Source: an uncultured bacterium (GTDB lineage: Bacteria > Margulisbacteria > WOR-1 > CAVSGV01). Taken from it: a stretch of 32,000 nt of DNA. Of the stretch, positions 11,301 to 16,978 are shown in pieces. Within the stretch, counting starts at the first letter, position 1, and each line of letters opens with the position of its first letter. A program made the translations under genes and the position numbers. The DNA lies in the NCBI GenBank assembly GCA_963699255.1, contig OY969425.1:1080001-1112000 (forward strand). Direction: 5' to 3'. Below the pieces are notes generated by a model. It was not told the origin of the DNA and did no database searches. It saw only the letters and a program-made list of their open reading frames with translations.

Positions 11301-11657
11301 ACCCAGACGATAAATCTAAAAGGATTGTGGAACATTGATCAGTCCTGGTCGGTGTTTGCCAGTTATTCTTATTCGGAAATGGACAACCGCCTTTTAACGG
11401 ATGATGACATGACATATACTGTGTCGCCGGGAATGGGGGCCACATATAAAATAGGGGATATTCTAAGGGTTGACGCGCAATACACCAGATCCCAGTCTTT
11501 TGCCGCTTCAACCGCTCAGGTAGATACTTATTCGCTCAATACCAAATATGATCCCAATCAATACGTTCATATAAATATTCGTGGAACGCGGGAGATAAGC
11601 GTTGACCCGGATTACAAGTCTACTGAAATAATGGGAAGCTTTGATATCGTGTTGTGA
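8310..11657 (+). CDS. Large predicted outer-membrane protein: signal peptide, Ser/Thr/Pro/Glu-rich linker and a long beta-barrel-like C-terminal region
   Basis: The ORF is 8250..11657. Likely starts are ATG 8310 or ATG 8349 (MAPKVFPSGYFLFVLLAIIVIFFINSFAFA signal peptide). A low-complexity repeat TSVEAISTPEVVPVIMTPSVESVLTSEA... is followed by about 750 aa of alternating Y/S/T/N/D-rich strands typical of OM barrels. No specific family was recognised. Confidence 0.6.
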   Translation: MGVTNNGCNAGYNMAPKVFPSGYFLFVLLAIIVIFFINSFAFAISKPSSEFRHLKGASTEAYDILLNPYPIPIGKDVGIRVSVPHDPQKVVFVFDKNAKYTLGKVGNYWRGIIRLPDNHAEGWNLSFVYIKYKRSDIDRAAAQKLLTFFKKLFASVRLTNKYSDYIMFEGKIWIRAYRVPENQLISIKSKPATSVEAISTPEVVPVIMTPSVESVLTSEAIPFKVVTSLESNPIITAKPSIEAATTLEAAPLTVPVSTGSLFSPEATITSEAGSTGEAFCFKIKGTKSINFVSRSIEGSKEGFVPGLTRDEALRINISGAAKDGTEVDASFISTSTSGTTALTQNDDKISILVKRASTEAYLGDFIGDFNDTEFARLNKSLSGVKISGDYATWGFKALYATPRGDAKYYRAYGNGTQGPYSLGTSPVVVDSDKVYLDGAQQRRGSDYTIDYQAGTITFKSAVVISTSIIEAYYDWSETLYQHSTIGLRYRQTVNDDLKLGFTYINDSDSTYKASEIRDSLSATIEPTSHYIVGIDGSTKLFGNTLINSELAYSNIDLNILEPNKTMEIGKAFKMDTTTAQGPFTLLTNYKRVGAGFSAIGDAAPQQDVDQYGGLFSFRPSNIYYLETNYAYDKYKLLGTQYLTTDKSFKSKFTPEDIPSLNYVYRETEDSNDPVTAAQIDRLTTQNNVDSSYKYAGFLVSTLQGGIEERRNREPSLEVTTYRTVNFGTATYGLDRISASGNIELKDTQLPDKTNPLTKTYSALVSATPTKDYFGSLSLQIIDDSIQGTTNVTDLNYKATPVNNFSTDGKYTISSVREDFNGTSEAVSKQTGSFRFDYRPIDPIKLRYYYKPNFTRVESSNALSFNDEVNQAEIYYAPLRELSTGLVYKTENLMNLDRTDPDFKREANRQNTYDTTLLINSAPYRFLSLELSCQNTDLFLTEQTTPGATAYDSSIGNTKKYDISAKTSLSEQFSIDSSYSYQNQNQSSTSTAEEIDALTQTINLKGLWNIDQSWSVFASYSYSEMDNRLLTDDDMTYTVSPGMGATYKIGDILRVDAQYTRSQSFAASTAQVDTYSLNTKYDPNQYVHINIRGTREISVDPDYKSTEIMGSFDIVL

Positions 11658-11718
11658 TAAAAGGCTCCCATAAAGTTAGTCTAACTGGAAAATGGTAGAA
11701 ATATTTTGCTCCACAGGC

Positions 11719-12015
11719 TTTCCAGTATAGCATTTTACCGCCTTTCCCTGTAAAGCGCGCTCACGTTAGGACTTCGTATAAAGCTCTCTGTCCCGAAAAA
11801 AGTCCTCATCCTTGCGGATTTTTTCGGGTATTTGTTCGCGCCCTCCTCCAGTCGCCCGACTAAAGTCGAGGCTCCTTCCGGCCCTCCGCTCCTTACGCTC
11901 ATTCACCATAATTAGATAATAGGTAGGGTTCATTCGCTCCTCTCGCTTCGGGTGACAGGGGCGGTAAAATGCTGTTCCTTCCTGTGTGTTTTCATTTCAC
12001 AGGGAGGTGGTTTTC
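11719..12015 (+). ncRNA. Conserved ~295-nt structured non-coding leader upstream of the DprA-like gene (copy 1). Could be a cis-RNA or a DNA element such as an origin
   Basis: It aligns with 25297..25591: ttccagtatagca..., gacttcgtataaagc, cctcatccttgcgga, ctcctccagtcgccc, gaggctccttccggccctccgct, ctcgcttcgggtgacagg. Single-base indels break any common reading frame. Two hairpins show compensatory changes between copies (11792..11828 and 11854..11872). Confidence 0.5.
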
Positions 12016-12551
12016 ATGTCTCGTTTAGCAGGTGTCATTGGTTCCCGTTCATTGCCCGTTTCTTTTGCCCCGCTTGTCTCCCACATTGTTTCCCTTCTCC
12101 TTTCCCGTGGCTACGGCATTGCCTCTGGCGGCGCTGTCGGCGCTGATTCATTTGCTCTTGCAGCGGTTATTCATCGGGGGGTGGCTTCACGCTGTGTCAT
12201 TTACTCCGCTTGGTCTTCTGCTTCGGGCTTTCCTTCCTCTGTTCAGCCTCAGGTTTCTCGTTTCCTTGCTTCTGGTGGTCAGGTTATATGGGGTTCCTGT
12301 CCGGTTGGTGCTTTGCGTCAGGAGGCGGTTTCTGCTCTTCTCGGCAGGAACAGGCGTCTTGTTTCTGCTTCCTCAGTCATTGTTGCCTTCCTACACACCT
12401 ACACAGCCAGTCTCGTGGCTCTCTTTACACGGTCCGTCAGGCTGTTGAGCAGGGTGTTCCGGTCATCGTGTTCCTTTGCGGCGGCGGTGCGTCTTTGCCC
12501 GCTGATCTTGCTTCCAGGTGTTTAGTGTTTACAGAAAAGGAGGTGGTTTAG
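12016..12551 (+). pseudogene. Minimal DprA-like (DNA_processg_A Rossmann core) gene, disrupted by an 8-bp tandem duplication
   Basis: RBS GGGAGGTGG precedes ATG 12016. MSRLAGVIGSRSLP...IASGGAVGADSFALAAV...LLGRNRRLVSASSVIVAFLH then shifts frame to SQSRGSLYTVRQAVEQGVPVIVFLC...EKEVV*. The duplication is cctacaca x2 at 12390..12405. Removing one copy restores AFLHSQSRG, colinear with AFIHGQSRG in the intact copy 25592..26116. Confidence 0.75.
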
Positions 12552-12552
12552 T

Positions 12553-12729
12553 ATGTCAGCTTCAGTTTTGTCTCCATGCATATGCTGTCAGGATCGATTT
12601 CCTGATATGGCTTGCTGTTCAAGAGAAAAGTCTCGCTGTTATAGGTTTCTTGAATATATCGAGAGTCTTAGTAAAGCAAGGGCGCATAGCATCCTGATAA
12701 AAGAGCTCATAAGCTTGATTAACAAATAA
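12553..12729 (+). CDS. Cys-rich 58-aa protein conserved in both elements (absent from the ORF track because it is under 60 aa)
   Basis: The product is MSASVLSPCICCQDRFPDMACCSREKSRCYRFLEYIESLSKARAHSILIKELISLINK. It aligns with 26118..26309 (PCCYC...YAC..EK..CFKFLNYIQKLNRMRAQKVLIKEL). The same coupling sequence AAGGAGGTGGTTTAGTATG spans the DprA-like stop in both copies. Confidence 0.7.
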   Translation: MSASVLSPCICCQDRFPDMACCSREKSRCYRFLEYIESLSKARAHSILIKELISLINK

Positions 12730-12744
12730 AAAGGAGAGAATAAA

Positions 12745-13269
12745 ATGGGTGAGTACATTAAGAATAGAAAGACTGGAGAAGAAATTAAGATTGGAGTATT
12801 AGACCGCTGCTTTTTCAGCCGTAAACAAGTTGAAGATTGGCACAATGATCCAAATTGGGTGGGTTGGTATGCGGGAAAAGAAGAGAAGGGTACGCTTGAA
12901 AATTATCTCAAGGATCCCAATTCCCTTTATGAAATGATCGATGGGTTGCATCATAAAGAATTTGCCTTCAAATTCCAATTACCAGATACTGAAATTATTG
13001 AGCACAGTAATGTATATGTATGGAAAAAGGGTCAAAGAGGCAATGGCTATCAGTATAAGGTCGGATGCCAATTTGAGAAACAGAAAGAGGTTTGGGCAGT
13101 AATTGTCGGTGAACGGTTTAACGAGAAAGGAGAAGCAAGGACGATCTTTGCCTGCGATTGCTGTGAGGTTTTGTTTAGCCTGCCGCAAGATCTAATAGAT
13201 CAATCCTTGGATGATATAGATAAATCCTCAAGAGATTATTTTCAAGGAATTCTTAAAGGAAGAAAGTAA
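12745..13269 (+). CDS. Hypothetical protein (element cargo, copy 1 only)
   Basis: The ORF is 174 aa with RBS AAAGGAGAG seven nt upstream. No family was recognised. It contains a CDCC motif near the C-terminus. Confidence 0.6.
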   Translation: MGEYIKNRKTGEEIKIGVLDRCFFSRKQVEDWHNDPNWVGWYAGKEEKGTLENYLKDPNSLYEMIDGLHHKEFAFKFQLPDTEIIEHSNVYVWKKGQRGNGYQYKVGCQFEKQKEVWAVIVGERFNEKGEARTIFACDCCEVLFSLPQDLIDQSLDDIDKSSRDYFQGILKGRK

Positions 13270-13279
13270 GGTGAAAATT

Positions 13280-13453
13280 ATGAGAATTTGTAAAGTATGC
13301 GGCTCGCTCCTAGTTCCATGCAACGAAGGCATAGATCATATCGGTTTACAGCCATATACACTTCCAAGAACTGTATATATCTGCCAGAGTTGCCTTACAG
13401 CGATACAAAATATCCTCGAATACGGTTTTTCCTCTCAATATATCAACGCTTAA
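13280..13453 (+). CDS. Small zinc-ribbon-like protein (CxxC...CxxC)
   Basis: The product is MRICKVCGSLLVPC...YICQSCLTAIQ. ATG 13280 is preceded by TAAGGTGA. The ORF track starts it at GTG 13271. It is followed directly by a terminator. Confidence 0.5.
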   Translation: MRICKVCGSLLVPCNEGIDHIGLQPYTLPRTVYICQSCLTAIQNILEYGFSSQYINA

Positions 13454-13459
13454 TCTCCA

Positions 13460-13492
13460 AGGCCTGATCCATCATCGGAACAGGCCTTTTTT
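13460..13492 (+). terminator. Rho-independent terminator ending the DprA-like/cargo operon of copy 1
   Basis: The structure is AGGCCTG-(14 nt)-CAGGCCT followed by TTTTTT. Confidence 0.7.
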
Positions 13493-14743
13493 GGTCGCGT
13501 TAACTTTCTTTCCCTTCCCATTCAAAACAAATCATTTCCGCGCCTCTCCAAGCACGAACACAAAAAAGACGACGCAGGCAGATACAGCTGGCTTGAAATG
13601 AAGACAAAGTCAACAGTTCTTGTAGTTAGCGATGAATTGCTGACAACCAAGGACATCTTTAGCAAAGCATGGGGAAACTAGGTCAAATGGTCCAAGCGAA
13701 AACACACGATGAAACCTGCTCCCTGCTTGCCTGCCTTTGTAGGGATTGCCTCTGGCTGGTATGATGGTATAAGTCTTGGTGTAGGCGGGTCTTGATAGAA
13801 AGCGATCAGCTGAAGCTGCTTTTTTTGCCTGCTTGTCTTTGGCCTGATAACCATTCATTGTTCCGCTGCCTTACTGTTGAAATGTAAAATATGTGCGGGA
13901 TTCCGACTTGTCTGCCGACAGGCAGGCTTTACGTCGGGAGTCATCGCCTGTCCCCCTCTTTACGAACTGTAAGGCTGGCGGAAGCCTCGGCAAAAGCGGA
14001 TGTCATTGTTAATTGTGTAACTGTCTCAATCTGAGTCTGAGAATGAAGCAAAACAAATGTTACATTTCAGCCAACGTGAAATAGCATGGATAATCGCCTT
14101 GCCCCGTTTTCAGTAGTGGGAAATGCTCACTGTTCTTTTTCAAAGCCGGTAGCTCCCTGCCAGCCTGCCCCGCCGCAGGCGGTAGCTTGTTCTGCCTACC
14201 CACCTTTGACGAGATCGGCCTGTCCGCCTCTCTACGAGCTGTATGGCTGGCGGAAGTATCGGGATAATGAACTTGCTTACCACACCACAGGGGGTAGCTT
14301 GCATCAACCGGAGCATCGGGGCGATGAGTTTACTTGTCCCGCCTGTTCGCCTCTGGAGAAAGCGAAGCCGTAAGCCGAGGACTCCGACCAAGCTCAGTCG
14401 AGGTCTTGAAGGAGTAGGTTTTGCAGCAATAGTTTCAAACTCCCAGCGTGTCTAAAACTCTTTGGGTCAGGTTCTTCTGTCTTTTGTTCGTATTCATATC
14501 TAACATCATTGATCCTTTGTCTTTCTCTACTGCTAATGAACAACATCTATGTATCAACTGTTAAAATGAATATCCTTGTGTACCGAAGTAACAAATAAAA
14601 TCCCAATTTGGCCGGTCTGGCCGCGCGCCTGCGCTCGTGCGTATGTGCCTGTGTACGCGTATCGTATATAGAGGGATACTGTGAAGTTCCCCGGCTAAGT
14701 CACAGTATCGGGAGATCATTCTGAACGCCGCAAATTCAGCTTC

Positions 14744-14772
14744 TTGCACCCGTGAATTGTATTAGGTAGAAT
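14744..14772 (+). promoter_or_regulatory. Sigma70-type promoter TTGCAC-17-TAGAAT, homologous to the tRNA-Pro promoter
   Basis: cTTGCACccgtgaattgtattaggTAGAAT compared with cTTGCACccgtgaatagtgttgggTATAAT (minus strand, 21156..21184). Confidence 0.55.
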
Positions 14773-14778
14773 AATGCT

Positions 14779-14861
14779 AACAGTTCGACCTGAAGAAGGT
14801 TGCGCTACCAAGAAATTGGAGCAAACCGCTGATTTTCCTAGATCGGCGGTTTTTCTTTTTT
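14779..14861 (+). ncRNA. Candidate small transcript: tRNA-3'-end-like stub fused to a copy of the tRNA-Glu trailer and terminator
   Basis: It lies downstream of promoter 14744..14772. The sequence is ...cagTTCGAcctgaagaaggttgcGCTACCA, then the trailer, then the terminator CCGCTGAT-N8-ATCGGCGG-TTTTTCTTTTTT (14826..14861). From GCTACCA onward it is identical to the sequence following tRNA-Glu. Confidence 0.3.
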
Positions 14862-14956
14862 GGGAAGGTGTTCGGCGGTCGGCGTTTGGGCGGCGGCAAA
14901 CGCCGACCGCCGGAAAAGAACCTCCGTTCAGATTTTCCGCGCCAAAATCACTATAA
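14804..14956. repeat. IR1-L: left copy of a perfect 153-bp inverted repeat
   Basis: It is the reverse complement of 16581..16733, checked base by base with 153/153 matches. Confidence 0.95.
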
Positions 14957-15027
14957 CTAATTACTATTGTTGTTTTTCTTTTTGTAAATTGGCGCCCAAT
15001 ACTCAATATCCAAATGAATCCGGCCTT

Positions 15028-15234
15028 TTAAGATAAGCCCAAAAGCTTGTCTACTGAAACCCCCAAACCCACAGCTATCGCCTTCACCATCTCGATTCCC
15101 GGATTTTTCACCATCCCTTTTTCAACTCTTAACAAGTGATGTGAAGTAAACTTACCGCCACATTTAAAAGCTAATTTCTCTCGCGACAGACCTGTTTTTT
15201 TTCGATATTTCTCGATATTTTCACCTAAGTGCAT
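15028..15234 (-). CDS. Xre-family helix-turn-helix transcriptional regulator
   Basis: The 68-aa product contains LGENIEKYRKKTGLSREKLAFKCG...LLRVEKG..NPGIEMVKAIAVGLGVSVDKLL (HTH_3 pattern). It is divergent from the recombinase gene. Confidence 0.8.
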   Translation of the reverse strand: MHLGENIEKYRKKTGLSREKLAFKCGGKFTSHHLLRVEKGMVKNPGIEMVKAIAVGLGVSVDKLLGLS

Positions 15235-15271
15235 AACGGATAGATTATAACATAATTGTCATAATATTTAT

Positions 15272-15300
15272 TTGACATGGTGGCATATATGTATTAACAT
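15272..15300 (+). promoter_or_regulatory. Promoter TTGACA-17-TAACAT for recombinase 1
   Basis: The sequence is TTGACAtggtggcatatatgtatTAACAT, followed by RBS GGAGGG and ATG 15325. Confidence 0.55.
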
Positions 15301-15324
15301 ACACCCCACTATAGGAGGGCCAAT

Positions 15325-16767
15325 ATGAAAATAGCTATATATACGCGTGTTTCAACCGACACCCAGGCCGACAAAGAATTCAATTCCTGTGAAGCTCAGG
15401 AGCAGAAGATAAGGTCATTTGTCTTAAGTCAGGAAAATATGATGGTTTATAAAGTCTATTCCGACCAGGGTTATACAGGGGCTAACACTGACCGCCCCGC
15501 TCTAACGGAAATGCTTAACGACATACAGAATAGCAAGGTCGATCTTGTCGCTGCCTATAAAATTGACCGTCTCACTAGGTCGCCGAAAGACTTTTATCAT
15601 TTAATTGATATATTTGAACAACACAAGGTCAATTTTATATCCGTTACTGAACGATTCGATACCTCCACCCCATCGGGACGGCTTCTCAGGAATATCATGC
15701 TTACTTTCGCGCAATTCGAAAGAGAGCTTATCAGTGAAAGAACAAGAGATAAAATGCACGAATGCGCGAAAAAAGGCCTCTGGACTTGCGGCCATACGCC
15801 ATTTGGTTATAAAAGGCTAGAAAAGAAACTGATCATTGAGCCGGTAGAAGCAAAGATTGTAAGGGCTATCTTTGAAATCTTTATCTCTACAGGTTCAACT
15901 GCTGAGGTTTATAAGAAACTGAAAGAGAAAAGTTTGTTTAACAGGCGCGGATTGCCTATATCTCAAGAAGAAATCGGGAAAATACTCAAACGGATTGTAT
16001 ATATCGGTAAAATCGAATTTAAAGGCAATATTTATCAGGGAATTCATGAGCCGATAATTTCTGCTGAGTTACTTGAGGCTGCTCAGGGACTTCGCAAAGA
16101 AAGGGCAAAGAAAAGTAAAGTATTCAATTTCTCTCTTTTCCCCGGAATAGTTCTCTGTAAGGAATGCGGCTCAGTAATGAGCGCATCTTTCTCTAATAAG
16201 TTTAAAGATGCCCGCCGCATTAGATATTTTTATTATCGATGCTCAAGCGTTACAAAAAGGGACATTTCTTTTTGCGCCACCAGATATGTCAGTGCCGACC
16301 GCCTTGACTCGTTCATCATCGATAGTCTTGATAAGATATCGAAAAATCGGCAGTATCTTGAGAGTTTGATCTTCACGCTCAACTATCAGCAGGATGGGTG
16401 CCAAAAGGGAATCGAACCGGTGGGGTCGGCTTCATCCTATTCTCCTGAAAGGTTGAAAGATATCCTTCGAGATATTACTATGGTCCCGAAGTTTAAGTCC
16501 AAAACTGAAAAGGAAATTATCATTCAGAAGCATATTAAACAGATCAATTATTCAAAGGAAGCTATTGAAGTCGTGATAAATTATAGTGATTTTGGCGCGG
16601 AAAATCTGAACGGAGGTTCTTTTCCGGCGGTCGGCGTTTGCCGCCGCCCAAACGCCGACCGCCGAACACCTTCCCAAAAAAGAAAAACCGCCGATCTAGG
16701 AAAATCAGCGGTTTGCTCCAATTTCTTGGTAGCCCCACGGGGAATCGAACCCCGATCGTCAGCTTGA
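15325..16767 (+). CDS. Large serine recombinase (resolvase catalytic domain, recombinase domain and zinc ribbon)
   Basis: The N-terminus is MKIAIYTRVSTDTQ (catalytic Ser), followed by YKIDRLTRS and LRNIMLTFAQFERELISERT. A CKECGS...YYRCS zinc ribbon is present. It is about 70-75% identical by eye to 26312..27790 over the N-terminal domain. The last ~62 codons are encoded by IR1-R, and the ORF stops inside antisense tRNA-Glu (...APRGIEPRSSA). Confidence 0.9.
   Translation: MKIAIYTRVSTDTQADKEFNSCEAQEQKIRSFVLSQENMMVYKVYSDQGYTGANTDRPALTEMLNDIQNSKVDLVAAYKIDRLTRSPKDFYHLIDIFEQHKVNFISVTERFDTSTPSGRLLRNIMLTFAQFERELISERTRDKMHECAKKGLWTCGHTPFGYKRLEKKLIIEPVEAKIVRAIFEIFISTGSTAEVYKKLKEKSLFNRRGLPISQEEIGKILKRIVYIGKIEFKGNIYQGIHEPIISAELLEAAQGLRKERAKKSKVFNFSLFPGIVLCKECGSVMSASFSNKFKDARRIRYFYYRCSSVTKRDISFCATRYVSADRLDSFIIDSLDKISKNRQYLESLIFTLNYQQDGCQKGIEPVGSASSYSPERLKDILRDITMVPKFKSKTEKEIIIQKHIKQINYSKEAIEVVINYSDFGAENLNGGSFPAVGVCRRPNADRRTPSQKRKTADLGKSAVCSNFLVAPRGIEPRSSA
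16581..16733. repeat. IR1-R: right copy of the 153-bp inverted repeat, comprising the last 7 nt of tRNA-Glu plus its 3' trailer
   Basis: See IR1-L. On the tRNA strand it contains the tRNA terminator (16676..16711) and a 15-bp perfect hairpin GGCGGTCGGCGTTTG-N8-CAAACGCCGACCGCC. Confidence 0.95.
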
Positions 16768-16801
16768 AAAGCTGATGTCCTAACCGTTAGACGATGGGGC
16801 C
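16727..16801 (-). tRNA. tRNA-Glu (anticodon UUC), CCA encoded
   Basis: The sequence is GGCCCCATCGTCTAACGGTTAGGACATCAGCTTTTCAAGCTGACGATCGGGGTTCGATTCCCCGTGGGGCTACCA. It forms a cloverleaf with a 7-bp acceptor stem, TTCGATT T-loop and anticodon loop TTTTCAA. Confidence 0.9.
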
Positions 16802-16978
16802 ATGCTCCGCCTCTGGCGGAGAAACTCCAATGACCAAATTCCAAATCCCAAACAAATTTAAATCCCAAAATCCAAATCAACACGCTAGTACAACAAAATA
16901 CAGTAGAAACTATCCGGATATCAGTTTATCAGAAAAACGGGATTTTTCAATAAGGGGTATGGGAACAATCCGCTGCTG

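Larger units (their letters stand above)
11719..16733 (+). mobile_element. Putative integrated element copy 1 (expanded and decayed), abutting the 3' end of tRNA-Glu
   Basis: It shares the module order of 25047..27752: homologous leader, DprA-like gene, Cys-rich micro-ORF and large serine recombinase ending in an inverted repeat at a tRNA. In addition it has two cargo ORFs, a 1.3-kb spacer and an xre gene. The left boundary is inferred only from where homology to copy 2 begins. Confidence 0.55.

Noticed and set aside
12032-12448. Alternative-frame ORFs overlapping the DprA-like genes (12032..12448, the 5' part of 12210..12551, 25728..26090, 25864..26052), which could be read as overprinted genes
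   Set aside because: They are the expected by-product of A-depletion, because without A there are no stop codons. Their products are Leu/Phe/Pro-rich low-complexity strings, and only the DprA-like frame shows recognisable conserved motifs in both copies.
13610-13858. An 82-aa basic ORF on the minus strand in the element-1 spacer, and overlapping ORFs 14086..14373, 14140..14391, 14243..14455, 14561..14749
   Set aside because: The RBS is weak or absent, the ORFs overlap each other on both strands in GC-rich repeat DNA, and no motif was recognised. The evidence is insufficient to call genes.
14733-14810. A possible complete tRNA gene on the + strand ending in GCGCTACCA
   Set aside because: No acceptable cloverleaf forms. 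The acceptor pairs only 5/7, there is no D or anticodon arm, and the T-stem is 3 bp. It is kept only as a tRNA-3'-end-like stub.
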